A stretch of DNA of 64,000 nucleotides from Octopus bimaculoides. Taxonomy: Eukaryota. Made by a program: the position numbers and the translations under genes. This document shows positions 26,601 through 41,900 of this stretch, one piece after another. The DNA is taken from contig NC_068982.1 in the NCBI RefSeq assembly GCF_001194135.2, positions 45,345,665 to 45,409,664 of the forward strand, in the 5' to 3' direction. The notes beneath the pieces are model-generated. The model was not told the DNA's origin. It searched no databases and saw nothing but the letters and a program-made list of their open reading frames with translations. Every line of letters starts with the position of its first letter. The stretch's first letter is position 1.

Positions 26601-29600
26601 AGTCGCTTGGAGACACCATGTGTGAAGTGTTCCTTTTAGCCAGGAACCAAACGAAAGAGGTAGAACAGAATGTAAACAAGAGCATCGGTTGGGATATTTT
26701 CCATATTTTCCAAGTTAATAAATGTGGGGATTTTGTGGAGTCAGCACATCAAACCAAAACAGTGGCAAAACGGGATTCTTATGTTTTATCATTTACTTGT
26801 TTCAGTCATTGGACTGTGGCCATGCTGGGGCACTGTCTCGAAGGGGTTAGTAAAATAAATTGATCCCAGGACTACTTTTTTTTTAAGAGTGGTAATTATT
26901 CAACCCATACTAGCATGGAAGGTGGACGTTAAACAATGATGATGATGATGTGATGGTCCATATTGTCACTTAGTTGTCTGATTGCCATATAGCTTGGCAT
27001 ATTTAACAATTCATAGCTTTTAATTTGTGATTGTGGTTAGGTGGGAACTGGATTATTTGGTCTGACTGCATGCTGCTTCCAAATAAAACCAACTACAATA
27101 TTCAGATCATATTAGCATGTATATTTACAAACTGATGTTACAATTAATTTACAATACCAGTAGCTGGTGTGTAAGAATGCATGCTTGGCAAGAGGTGAAA
27201 GTGATATGTGTTTGTGCTTGGCAAGAGGTGATCTTTCTAACATGAGGCTGGAGTGGCAATGCTGTCAGCTAACCAAGAAAATCTCTCTGAATCCTCTGCC
27301 TTGTGCATCTTAATTTATAACCATGATTTCTTTGTGAAACTGCTTGGACTTTTCCATTAGTCTTTACAATACACAAATGTATCAATAATGACTGGCTGAA
27401 TAATGGGCCAAGATCACCGAATGAGGATAGTCACCACCAAATATGGAAACTTGATGCACTGTGACCTCTGCTCATTACTGAACTGGCAAGGTTTTGAATG
27501 CTGATTACTGCTGTGTGTTTGTCTTCTGTGCATAGTTGCAATTGGTTGTATAATGTCTTTTACCAGCTGAATCGCTAAACTGACAGATAAAAGATGGTGT
27601 CCATTTCTGTGAAACTTGTGTCTGTTTACATATGATGTGTGTGAAACATCACTAAACAAAAGATATGATGTCCAGTTACCATTGTTGGTAAACCCTTCTA
27701 ATCGCTCCTTACTGGAGAATATCCAACATATAACAAAACTAATAATCATGATAATCATACTTCCTGGGATATATTTATTACAAGTGAATACTAACTGTAG
27801 GTTTAGGACTTAAATCAACTGTTAAACTTTATTCTACAACTTGACTTTCAGTAATAAGATGCAGGATTTTTGGGGGGATTTTTTTTTCAGTAAAAGTAAA
27901 AGTATGTGCAGAAAAAAAAAAAAAAAACCCAAATAAAAATGTAAATTGCTCTCTTTTAAATTTATTCAACACATAACATTTGTTGAGGGAATCATTTTAA
28001 TTAACCAAAAAAATAAAAGAAAGAAAAAATACAAAAATACCCCAAAATGGAATTTGAATGTTTGATTTGGGAGAACTTGTAAGATAAGTAGAGGTCATAA
28101 TTTGGGGCAGCGATTTTAAGTCAACCTGATTATAACATTTATTTATTCTGAATGGAAGAATAGCAAAGTTAGCTTTAATAAAATTTAAATTTAGAATGCT
28201 ATAGGATGTGACTAAATATCTCATAGCAGCCTTTTAGCAATGTCATAGTAAGAGATAAAGTGCTGTTGAGAGTCAACGTCACCATTTATTTTTTGGGAGG
28301 CTGATAAAATTCTAATGAAGTATTGCTGTTATATAATGTGCTTTCAATTCAATTCTGGGGACTGGTATTTATGCTAAAAATCCTCGTTATAAGATACAAG
28401 TAACTTTAAACAACCTTTTTATAAGTGAAACTCATGTATTTGTGTACTATAAAGAAAAGAGCATAAGAATTCAACTTAATTATTTTCTCCTTCTTTTTTC
28501 AGTAACAATACGCATATTCCTTTTAAATGAAACAATGCATATTAACAAGTACCAAGTGCTGGTAACTTTAAAGGTAACTATCTTAAATTAGTTTCTAATG
28601 TTGTTTGTTATTTTGGGCAATTGTCAATTGAGTTTTGTTTGAAATGTTAACTTTTTACGTTTTTATTTAATGTGACCAATGCAATTTAAATTCTTGGACA
28701 ATGAACTACTGACATTACTTCTTTTTCCAAGAAAAACAACATAGAACACATGCACAAGTCAGAATTACATAGCGTAATTAAGGAGAGGATTAACCTTTAC
28801 GAGGTACAAATCAACTTTGTTTCAGGAAGAAGTACTGCTGTTGTTGTCTCATTAGTGAGACAACTGTCTAGCATCTGTTGATATGGTGAAGACTTGACAG
28901 AGTTCCGTGCTCTATATTCTGGTGGTCACTAAGGGAACTAGGAATTGTTTATTTTTAGAATTACATTGTAGGGTAGGTTTGAGAGGCCAAATTTGGCTAG
29001 TTTGAACATAAAACAGGGAGAATATTTGGGCCAGATATGACCGATTTAAATGCTAAAGTGTTAAAAAATGTTGTCATGTGATTGGGGTAGTTTTGGTTAG
29101 TGATCCTCAAATTAATGAATACTAGCCCCCACACAACTAAAATATTAAGGAAATACTTTGCCTATCCCTGCCAATTATTAATGAGAAGATAAAATAAATT
29201 TTGCATCTATATACTTCTTAAGATTATTAAAGATAGTAATTTATGCCATTCCTTTTCAATCTTTACAACATCCCATTCCTTGTCCCTTACCATGGGAAAC
29301 GCTGGTTGAGGTCACTATACACAGTTTATTCATGATTTTTAAAAATTCGATGTGACAGATGACATGTAGTGCCTAGAGCAATAGGTGTAAGTTAAAGCAT
29401 CCAGAAATGGTGATGGAAGATTGAGATTGTGAAGAAGTGCATATTCTAAATAACATATGTTTTCAAGCTTTAAAAAATATGAAAAATGTGATAAGATTTA
29501 AGGATGACATCAAATTTAGCTGGAATGGTTATGTAATCAAAATGGATTTTTTTTTAATGAAATTAGTTTTTAGTAACTAGGTACAGGCATGACTGTGTGG

Positions 29601-29749
29601 TTAAGAAGCTTGCTTTGCAACCACATGGTTTTAGGTTCAGTCTCACTGTATGGCACTTTGGGCAAGTGTCTTGTACTATAGCCCTAGATTGACCAATGCT
29701 TTGTGAGTGAATTTGGTAGACAGAAACTGTGTGAAAGCTTGTCATACAC

Positions 29750-29789
<40 letters not shown>

Positions 29790-30458
29790 AAGTTTGTATT
29801 AGTCCCACACACTGCTTGACAACTGGTGTTGGTTTATTTATGTCATTGTAACTTAGCAGTGCCCCAGTATGGCTACAGTCCAATACCTGAAATAAGTAAA
29901 AGATGAAGGATAAATCACTGACACCATAATTATAAATTTTTGGTGCCTTTTGATGTCAAGAAAGACTCAGTTATCTCAAGCATTTCAACAAGCAAATGAT
30001 AAATTCCATCCTTAACTTCCTTATATTTCAATTTTGCACAATAAAGGCAGCATTATTTGTTTTAGCCAGTCTACATTTCTCAGTTAAATGTTTATCATAT
30101 AAAAATATTATTTTAAAATATCACAAAGAATAAATTATTTTGTCTAAATTATATGAAAGTGTGATATAAAACTTTCCCCAAAAATATATGTTTTGGAATT
30201 TCTATTTTATTTTTTAAATATTTATTTTCAGGATCCATCTAATACTGCAGTTTATTCGAATATTTTTTATGAAACTTCTCCATATTTAAGACTAGCTTAT
30301 TTGTTGAACTCATCGGCCCCGTTTGGTCTTTGGACTGTTTCTGTGAAATATCTTGGAAGACATCTTGAGGTAAATAAACTTTTCTCTTATTTCTTCTTCA
30401 AAATACAAGGTGGGCCTAAAGTCATGCACCAAACGTTTTCCATTTTATTTATATTACC

Positions 30459-30546
<88 letters not shown>

Positions 30547-32130
30547 GGTGGTGAGCTGCCAGAATTGTTAGCACACCAGGCAAAATGCTGCAGAGCATTT
30601 TGTCTGTCTTTATGTTCTGAGTTCAAATTCTGCTGAGGTCAAGGTCAACTTTACCTTTCATCCTTTTTTGGGGTTGATAGAATAAGTACCAGTTGTGTAC
30701 TGGAGTCAGTTGAGTATTGGGATTGATATAATCGACTAGCCCCCTTCTCTAAATTTGCTGACCATGTGCCAAAATATGAAACCATTACTATTACTATTAT
30801 TATTATTGAGTGACAGAGCAGTGCATGCCATCAAAGTGACACGGGTAAAATACATGAAACCCAGTATACCCATCATGACTACCCATATGATATGGGTACA
30901 CCAGGCACATTCATCACAACCATATGTACGTGATATGGTGATCTCATATCAAGATAAACAATGCATGACCTTGCAGGTGGGGCCCAGTTAGAATTTTCTT
31001 CAGTTTGAGTAGTCCATCCTGCTCAAAAGGTTACTAAATAAGAGTTGTTTAAGGATGTTGAACGAAACACCTATGTTTCCAAAGGTGAATTATCCAAACC
31101 CCAAAGAATTCCTCTTAGCATATGGCTAAGATGCTCCCCCACTACTACCACCACCACCACCACCACCACCGCCCCCNNNNNNNNNNNNNNNNNNNNNNNN
31201 NNNNNNNNNNNNNNNNNNNNNNNNNNNNNNNNNNNNNNNNNNNNNNNNNNNNNNNNNNNNNNNNNNNNNNNNNNNNNNNCCTTAGGCAAATGAATCGACC
31301 CCAGAACTTATTTTTGTTTTTTTCTTTTTTTAAAGCCTGGTACTTATTCTATCGAACCCTTTTACTGAACTGCTAAGTTACAGGGGTCTAAGCACACCAA
31401 CACTGGTTGTCAAACAGTGGAGGGGGACAAACACAAACCCAAAGACACACACATATATAGATATATGTACATATATTACAATGGGCTTCTTTCAGTTTCC
31501 ATCTACCAAATCCACTCACAAGGCTTTGGTCGGCCTGAGGCTACAGTGGAAGACACTTGCTCAAAGTGACATGCAGTGGAACTGAACCTGGAACTATATG
31601 GTCGGGAAGCAATCTTATCACACAGCAATACTATTAGGTTTTATTATATAAATATTGTATTATAATTAAGTGGTGACATAAATTATATTATACAAAAGGG
31701 ATGATATAAATTATTATATTATACAGAAAAGGTGTTACTTCACAGTTCACTGACTATACTGTTAAGAAAACATGAGTATTTCCTTAATATGATAAGGAAA
31801 TATGTGGGAAATATTTTTCTAAATTCTCTCAAATCTTTTTTGGAACATTAATACTGAGTTACATGGAGATCTTATTTCACCTTTACATTAAAGTTTTCAT
31901 GAACTCTGCTATAAAAAGAGTGAGAAAATGTATTTCCTCTACACTCCCTCAGAGCAGAGAGGAAGTCTGATGAGAGTTGCAAGATAGGGAGAGTAGGTGG
32001 GTGCTAGCAGAAGAAAGACGATGTTTCATAACTTTAATTACTGGTCCTTTCTAATCTCCATCATCCCTATGCTAACCACAATACCCAATCCTTTCTTCTT
32101 AGAAATGCCACCTCTCATCATCAACATCAT

Positions 32131-32169
<39 letters not shown>

Positions 32170-35100
32170 TATCATTTAATGGATGTTAAATGATGATGAT
32201 GTTCTTGTAATCTAAAAAAAAGAATTTCATGATGTACTTTTCTCTATGGTTACGAACAATAATAATAACATTACAAAAACATATATTTGCCACTTAAATG
32301 TGGCTGACCCCTAAGGGTGGATGTTACTGTTGCTTTTAGCCCCAGGAGAACATCTCCTCCAGCTGGCTATCGACACACATCTGTGTCCTGAATGTATTTG
32401 CAAAGGGAAGTTATCCTTCCCATCTTGATCTGCAATGCCAGCTGGAGGAGATGTTCTCTTGGGGCTAAAAGCAACAGTAACATCCACCCTTAAGGGTCAG
32501 CGACATTTAAGTGGCAAATATACTTCACCTTGTCGTGCTGTTACTGTTAATACCTCGTTCAGAGATTTAACATTGATTACAAAAACATCTTATGCATTTA
32601 CTAATTTCTTGGTAACTTGAAGATGGTGAGCTGACAGAATCATTAGCATGATGGTCAAAATACTTAGCAGCATTTTGTCTGTCCTTACATTCTGAGTTCA
32701 AGTTCCACCGGTGTCAACTGTGCCTTTCAAGTTTTCAGGGTTGATAAAATAAGTGCAAACCAAACAGTGGGGGTTGATGTAATAGACTTACCCCCTCCCC
32801 TGAAATTGCTGGCCTTGTGCCAAAATTTGAAACTAATTTGTAGGTAACTTAAGAAATAAAATCTTTATTTTCCTTGCTTCAATTGCAAGAAAATTCTACC
32901 CTGATCTGCTGCAAATGTGTTAGTTCACTTATCAAATTCTCCATCAGTCAGGCTGGTCATCTATTTGGACATGTATGTGCAGGTCTAGCAATGCTTTCTC
33001 AGGGAAACTGGGAAGTTGCTCATATATGCAAGTCTCCTATCTCCATTCCACGTGTGTTCATCCAAGGGAAAGACTGCTAATGAGGCTGATACAGCTTGTC
33101 ATCAGTGTTGTCTCAGGTGTTGTTGTTGGAATGCAAGAAACTGAAACAGCTACCACAGGGCATCTTGGCTAACTCTCTAATAGTTCTGACAATACACTGC
33201 ACTAGTTTGTTTTGTTTTTACTGTTCCTGAAAGAATAAAAGGCAAAGTTGATGGCAGCAGGATTTGAACTCAGAGCGCAGACAGCCAGAATAAATAGCAC
33301 AAGGCATTCTATTCACCACTCTAACAACTCTGTCAATTCACAGCTGGAGGGGAAATGAAAACTGTGAATGTGTAAATGAGTTCTAACTCAACTGAAATAC
33401 TTTGTCATTGAATATAAAAGCAAAGAAGGTGACGAGCTGGCAGAAATGTTAGGATACCGGATGAAATGCTTAGCAGTATTTCGTCAGTCTTTACATTCTG
33501 AGTTCAAATTCTGCCGAGGTCGACTTTGCTTTTATCTTTTCGGGGTCGATAAATTAAGTACCAGTTGCATACTGAGGTCGATCTAATCGACTGACCCTTT
33601 CCTCCCAACAAAATTTCAGGCCTTGTGCCTAGAGTAGAAAAGAATATAAAAGCAGGGCTTATTAGAGAACTTAATGGATCAATCTGTTACTCTTTTACTC
33701 TTTTACTTGTTTCAGTCTTTTGACTGTGGCCATGCTGGAGCACTAGAAAAAGAAGAAAAAAATGTAGATCACTTTAACTATTTGAACTTGAAATTACCAT
33801 CTAAAACATTTGAAAGCGTGGAAGTAGTAATATTTTACAATTCTCAGAATTAGTGAAATATGAGTACTTCCTAGATGATGAGAAATATTGTTGGGTGCGA
33901 GCGGGAGATGGTTTCAGTATCTAATATGTGTAGGAGGTAAGTCCTTAGTAATCTCTTCAGGAATATTGACGCTGGGTGGCAAGAGTATCTTATTTCAGCT
34001 TTTCATCACAGCTTTTTATGAATTTTTACCACAATGTAAATGAGGTTCTGTATTTCCTGAACACTCCCTCAGAGCTAGAAGAAAGGTTCAGATCAGAATA
34101 TTTTGACTATGAACAAAATTTTAAGAGGGAAGATAGAGGTTTCATGCTTGAAGTAACTACCTTATTTAAAATATTTTAACACTTGCAAATTTTAAGTTGA
34201 TGTTTGAAATGAACTTGTTGAAACTAAGTGAAATTAACATATTTTATTAAGTCAACAGAACACATTCTAAGAATAATTGAACTGTATTTTTATTTGATTT
34301 GAGTTAATCAGATTGGTCACAAAATTAAAAATTCTTTCATTTTCCTTTTCATTAAATATTTTTATGTATGATGCTTTATGCAAAATAGTTGATTTATTAG
34401 AATTTAAAAAAAAACCCCACTTAACACCAAGGAAGTGATTAATAGCTTACATAAAAACAGAGCCACTTATAATAAAAAGAATTTTGGATTCATCTACTCC
34501 AAATAGAATATACATGATGTGTTTTTCTATAAAGTTACTATGGTTACATGAAGAGGAAGGAGAGCTGTGCCTATGATCTTCACTGCACCTCAAAGACTAA
34601 TATAACTGAATGTGATTATGTTTACCGTAAAAGGTTTTTAATTTAATGATGGAACAAAAATTCCAGAGAGGTGACATTTCTAAGAGGAAAGGATTGGGTA
34701 TTGTGGTTAGCATAGGGATGATGGAGGTTAGAAGGGACCAGTAGTTAGAGTTATCCTGATATCTGAGAAACTATCATGTAGTCTACACACAAATAAAACT
34801 AAAAAACAAGTTACTACAAATGCTAGGTCTGATGATCTCTCATAATGTCCTCTGGCAAATTTCACAAACATGAAATACTAAACATTGTGTTAAAAGACTA
34901 ATCCTTTCCTTCTGGGTCAGCCAATGCTTCAGCTCTGGACAGTTGGTGACTTACTACTAAGCTTGTGTGACACTCGCAAAAGAAAAATAAACCTATATTA
35001 AGAACAGTTTGGCTCCTGCACATGTGAATATTCAAGAAAAACATGTAGTTGATTGTCCCACTGCATATTAACCTTGGGCAAGTATCTTCTACTATAGTTC

Positions 35101-35887
35101 CTGGCTGATGAAACTCTTGTGAGTGGATTTGATCAGCAAAAACTGAAAGAAACCCATTGCGTATATATGTGTGTATGTGTATGTGAGTGTGAGTGAGTGT
35201 GTGTGTATCTATGTGTGTGTGTATCTATGTGTGTGTGTATCTATGTGTGTGTGTATCTATGTGTGTGTGTATCTATGTGTGTGTGTATCTATGTGTGTGT
35301 GTATCTATGTGTGTGTGTTTGTCCCCCCTCTCACCACCACTCCTTGACAACTGATGTTGGTTTGTTTACATTCCTATCACTTAGTGGTTTGGCAAAAGAC
35401 ACTGACAGAATAAGTACCAGACGTAAAAATAAGTACTGGAGTTAATATATTTGACTAAAACCCTTCAAAGCAGTGTCCCAGCATGGCTGCAGTCCAATGA
35501 CTTAAGCAAGTAAAAGATAAAAATTTGTACACCAACACACCTCAGCCTCTAGTTTACAGATCTATTGCCTTTCAGCCTGTTTCTTTTACCTCTGTTAAAC
35601 TAGCCTCAGTTTACACTTCCACCCTTATATATTCTCTGGAAGCATGCCACAAAGGTTACTTGTAGCAAATTTAGAATACTTCTATGTAATTTGTATGCTA
35701 TACATGATTATAACTGATTAGAAATATTAAGATCTTTGTAATAAGTAAGCAACTAAAAAAAAAAAATTAATAAATATGTTCAGTCCCACTGCCATGGCAC
35801 CTTGGGCAAGTGTCTTCTACTATAGCCTCAGGTTGACCAAAACCTTGTGAATGGATTTGGTAGATGGGAAACTGAAAGAAGCCCATC

Positions 35888-35919
<32 letters not shown>

Positions 35920-38900
35920 TTGTGTGTTTGTCTCTCCAACATCGCTTGACAACCAATGCTGGTGTGTTTATGTTCCCGTAACTTAGTTGAAAATTTTTTT
36001 GGCCAATGACCACTTCATGGATCCTAAGTAGTGCATGTGTAAAATCTGAATGAAATTGGTTGGGTACTTCTTGAGTTTTAGTGATGCACACAGACAGACA
36101 GACACACATTCTCAGTTTTATATATATAGATTAATATCGTTTTGATATTAATGAATTTTGATATCGTGAATTATCTCATAGCTTTGAGTTTTCAATGATG
36201 TGATTGTTCATTTTTAGAATGAAATTGTAGGGTAAATGTGAGGGGCTTTGGCCAGTTTGAACATAAAATAGGTAGAATATTTTGACTGGATATGGATGGT
36301 CTAAATGCTAAAAGAGTTAAAGAATAATGGAATGTATCTTAGAAATAAATAAATACATTTTTTTAATAATAATTGAAAGAGAAATGCATATAAGGTATTT
36401 TATTATACAGTAGTCCATTTTAACCCTTCAGTACTCAGATTATTCTGTCAAATGTAATGTTTATGTATATTGTTTTGAATCAATCATGTATTTTCTTGTA
36501 GCATCAAGATTTCAGTGATGTGAGTGTATATATTTAGGTTGACAATACAGGGTAGGTGTGAGAGGCCGGAAATAGCCAGTTTTAACGTAAAACGTATAAA
36601 ATATTCAGGCCAGATATGGTCAGTTTAAATTCTAAATGGTTTTCAAAAGGGCCAAAATCTACCCTGACCTGCTATAGAAGAGTTCTCAGCTGGAAAAAAA
36701 GAACACTGCTGTCTTCCTCAATGCACATGGAAACCAAGGCTTATGAAAGAACTTAACAAATCAATCTGTTATTTAGCAAAAAAAGTAGATTGCTTTAACA
36801 ATTAGCACATATATGTATGTATTCATTAGTTTTCTTATTAATTTATAAGGTATTTTCTATTTTAGTTACTTAAAGAAAAGAGTTCAACGTTTATGGTTCA
36901 AGAATATAGTAAGTATAATTTGTTGCCTTCATCAATTCTGTGACTAAATTAAAATAAGTAGATATAGTAATTAGAATTAGGCATTTAAACAACCATATGT
37001 TCATATATGTGCATGTCATCTACATTTGTGTAACAGAAAACTACAGTAAGCATAAGATACAGTGTGAAATATCAGATAAAAATGTTTCAAAGTGTTACCT
37101 CTCAGTGAAGATACTCTTATCCTATTTTCACAGCCCAGGTTAACTTCAGCAGACCCACAATATGAGAATTTTCCATTAAATGCTTCATAATGAACTAGTG
37201 CTACAATACACCTGTTTTTCTGGTGATCTGTGTTGGCAAGAAATATATTAAATGAAAAAAAGTGGCAGAAAGAATACAGAAAAATTGCTGTGGGGAATGG
37301 AATATCCAACATTGTGGACAGAGTTGTTTTTCAAGGTGAAGTTGACAGAAGGAAAATGAAGGATTGCAGAGTTTCAGAGGATGTAAAAGTTTATTGTCTT
37401 TCTTTTATGGCCCTCCCATCAGCTTTACTCTGAAGAAAGTCTCTGTTCAAAATTATTTTAAATATTCTATCCCTATGGTGATTTCACTGTACTCTTTTTA
37501 TGGCATTTTCTAAATCGGTAACAGTAGTAATGAAGCAATTTTCAGTCCAATGCATTATCCAGTGCTTGGAAATAAAAAGCATTTAATAAACACATGTAGT
37601 ATGTGAATTTTATGTAAGCAAGCAATGTTTCATGCACCCTAGCCTACAGTAATTAACTGATTGTTAATGTTGGAGATATTTTTGTGTTTGTGCATATTTT
37701 AGAGAGTTTTAGGAGCTGTTGTTGAGAAATGTTACGTATTTATACATGGTTATATGGTTAACAAGTTTGTTTTGTGGCCAAGTGGTTTTGAGTTGAGTCC
37801 CACTGCACATCACCTTTGGCAAGTGTCCACTACTAGCCTTGAGTCAACCAATACTTTGTGAGTGAATCTGGCAGATGAAAACTGTGTGGAAGCCCTTTGT
37901 GTTTCATATACATGTGTGTGTATGTATATGTATATATGTATGTGTGTATATATATGTACGTGTGTGTAAGTATATATGTGCGTGTGTGTGTGCATGTGTA
38001 TGTATGTGTGTGGGAATGTGTTTTTGTATTTGTTTCCCTCCTCCTACTATTACTTGACATCCTGTGTTAGTTTGTTTTCATTTTCATAACTTACAACATG
38101 GCAAAAAAAAAAAATCTACTGATAGAATAAATACCAGACTTAAAAAAGAGTACTGGGATTGATTTCTTTGACTAAACCCTTCAATGCAGTGCCCCAGTAT
38201 GGTCGCAGTCCAATGATTAGAACAAGAAGAGATTCGAGTATTTAAGAATAGACTCTGTTATTTACAGTCTACTCCTACAATAGATATTTTGGAACAGCAC
38301 AAGCTAAACTAAGATAAGATTATCATTAATTGTATCTCTTTCCTATGAATATTAGCCACTACAGCAAACACAGGCATGACTAACTTTACTTTATAGTTAT
38401 GAAATCCTCAATTTGATCCCACTGTGGAGTGCAGCCTCAAGTAAACCCAAATCTTATGAGTGATAGTGGGTTGGCAGAAATTATGTTATTTTATTATAAT
38501 TTAGTTTTTTTTCCACTTTAAGTTGTACCAAAGTTCCAACTTGAGATTAATACAGAACCAAAGCTTATTGCAGAAGACACTGATGTTGTAAATGTGGCAG
38601 TATCTGCAAGGTAAGTTATTAATTAAACTTTTTCCATCTTCTAGTCTTGAGCAGAAGTGGTACCTGTGGCCATTCACTGGGCCTTCGGACCTGTGGGATG
38701 GAAGAAAGATGGGTTCCTTCACCCTTTAGCATTCAGATTATTCTGTTAAATGTAATACTTATTAATTCAAATTGTTTTAAATTAATCATGCATTATCTCA
38801 TTGCTTCAAGATTTTGATGATGTGATTGTTTAGTTTTAGAATGACATTGTAGCGTAAGTGTGGCCATTTGGAACATAAAGCAGATGGAATATTTTAACTG

Positions 38901-41900
38901 GATATGGCCAGTTTAAATGCTAGAGTTAAATCAGAAACCTTGCTTAAATGCTTGCAACAGAATGGTCTTTGCTAAAGGTTTCCATGTTGCTCTACTGTGC
39001 CGTTAGATCACATGATGCATTAAATTTGTCATATAAGTAGGCTATAGATCATGGAGACAGTGATAAATAATTGAGACCTTTGGTGGTATACCATGCTTGA
39101 GAAGACCTGTCAAGCCATGTGAGATTGTAGTCATTCATGGCCGATGCTGGTGTTGCATAACTGGCATGTAAAAAGCACCCACTACACTCTTGGAGTGGTT
39201 GGAGTTAGGAGGAGCATCCAGCCATAGAAACCATGCCAAATCAGATTGGAACCTGGTACAACTCTCCAGCTTACCAGTTTTTAGTCAAAATGTCCAACTC
39301 ATGGCAACATGGAATATGGATGTTAAATGATGATGATAATAGATTTGAACTCAGAAAGCCAAAACAAATACTGCCAGACATCTGCTTTGACTTTTTTTAC
39401 AGCTCCATCAATCTGTCATCTTGGATCATACTTTTTATGCATCTCAAAAGGATGAAATGTAAAGTTGACCAAAGCAGAATTAGAACTCAGAGAACAGAGA
39501 TTCTGTACAAGTGACACAAAATATTCTATCTAATGCTCTTCTTTTTTTTTTTTTGTGCCTGTTTATCAGCTAATAGTCAAATTGTATCTGTTTTGTGCCA
39601 GACTTTGTAAATATCTGACCATCTCTGTTTCTCATTTTTTTTTCATTCTAGCTTTATACTTTCTCTTTCTTACTCTCATTCTCTCTATTCTCCTCTCCTT
39701 TCCCACCATTACATAAATATATGGTGGATTCTCTTAACATAGAAGACAAATGATAGTTCCTGCAATTTCTTGTTGAACAACCTGCACAGACTTGTTTATA
39801 GTGAACAAATATTTGTGCTGCATATCAGCTCATTCTCACCACCAAATCAACATTTTCCTTGCATGCATGCATAGTGTACCACCTGTTAGAGCCAGATGTT
39901 GAAGTGATTGCAGAGCAATATTAAATGGAAAGGTTTGCTTAAGAACACAATGCACCACCCATAAGTACTAGACTTTAAAAATCAGTACTGAGGACAATTT
40001 ATTTGACCAAATCCTTCAAGGCTGTGCCCCAGTATGGCCACAGTCCAAGGACTGAAACAAGTAAGAGACAAAAGACAAGCATTTTCTCTAAAACTCTAAT
40101 GAGTTAGTTAATCTACCAATAACTACTGGGATCATTGCTATCAATGATTACATACACCTGTTGATATAGCAGTATGCTAATTACTGGTTGACTGAGAAAA
40201 ATTCAGTTAATTTAATCCTTAAACCACTCTCATCATCATCATTTAACATCTGCATTCCAAGCTGGCATGGGTTGGATGGTTTGACAGGAGCTGACCTGGC
40301 AGAAGACTGCACCAGACTTCTGTGTCTGTTTTGGCAGAGTTTTTATGGCTAGATGCCCTTCCTAACACCAACCACCCAGCAGAGTAGACTGAGTGCTTTT
40401 TATGTGGCACAAGCACAGGTGAGGTCAGTTTTGGCATGGTTTTTATAGCTGGATGCCCTTCTAAACACCAACCACTTTACAGTGTGGACTAGATGCTTTC
40501 TAAGTAGCAGTCCATGCAATTTTACATCGCTGATATGCTTTGAATGTAAATGTAGTTCACTCTTTTATCAGGAGAGATTTATTATATATTTACAATTTCA
40601 CCCTGTTTTCAGTTGATAAATTGTACAAAATAATGATTTTTATATATTTCAGATACATGTACAATAAACCAGTAGTTGGCCAGGTGTATATGGAAGCTAG
40701 TTATGGCAGAAGTTACTTTGATTCAATGCAGGTAAAGTGTTTTACAATTATTCTAAGTTTGCTGAAGCTTTTATCCATCTACTTTACACCCAACAATTTA
40801 TATCTTTGTTTGTTTTTGTGTCTGATTTTCATGTATTAACATGGATTAGATGAATATATTGTTGAGACTTTGTATTTGCAGCTGGATACCTTTCCTGTCA
40901 TTAATCCTTATCTGTTTTATAAGTAAGGGATCACTTACCCTATACATCTTTGTAAGTGCAAAGTCAGTGGATGATGTGATGATAGGGGAAAAGAAAAAAC
41001 AACAGCACTGCTTGTTGCTCAGCAAATGTAAACAAGCATACAAACACATAAAATGAAATGATGTCACTTCCTCAATGGGTTTTCTTCTACTCTTGTTTTA
41101 TTCTTGTCTTACCTTACTAGTGCCAGTGACGAAAAAAAAAAGTACCCAGTATATGCTGTAAGGTGGTAGGCATTGGAAAGGGCATCTAGCTATAGAAACC
41201 ATGTCAAAGTTGACGTTGGAGCTTGGTGTAACCCTGCAGCTTGCCAGATACTGTTAAATCGTACTACCCATGCTAGTACAGAAAATGGATACTAAGTGAT
41301 TGTTGTGGAGATTGCTAGCATCTAAATCTGTCCAATAGAAATTGCTGGCATGCGAATCTGTCCAATAGAATTGAATGGAAAGTTGTAGAACTCTCCAGAA
41401 TGTTCTAATGGCTTACTGCTATATAAGCAGAGCTGGTAGAGGGGCGTTTCTCTTTTTGCCTTTGTCTTTCCTGTTATATACTGTTTGGGAGACAGATAAT
41501 AAATCTATCTGGAGTATAACTGTGTTCTTCTTTGCAAGTGAACAAGAGAAGCACAACAGTGATGATGATTTTATATATATATATATTTATATAATATAGT
41601 TAGTATATAAGAGTTTATACATGGAGAGGACACCATCATGTGGATTCCTTACAGGCTAGAAAGGGCAGTCAAAACCCAAACCACAAAAAAGATATTGTTA
41701 CATTGTACGTTGCCTGTAGGACACTTAAATGAATAAAAATCTCTGTTAACCCTATACCAATGAATTTCACCATTGATGATCAAATAAATCAATTAATTAG
41801 TAAATCAATTGACTAATTAACCATCTGTGGCTTGTCGCTGGAAAATGCATAATTATGAAACTATAATACACACCGAAAACACAAAGTTTACACATGCGCA

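Noticed and set aside
37093-37190. Alternative phase-1 exon candidate (LPLSED...) after QEY
   Set aside because: It lacks the PKF motif and hits a stop; exon 38523-38610 fits far better.
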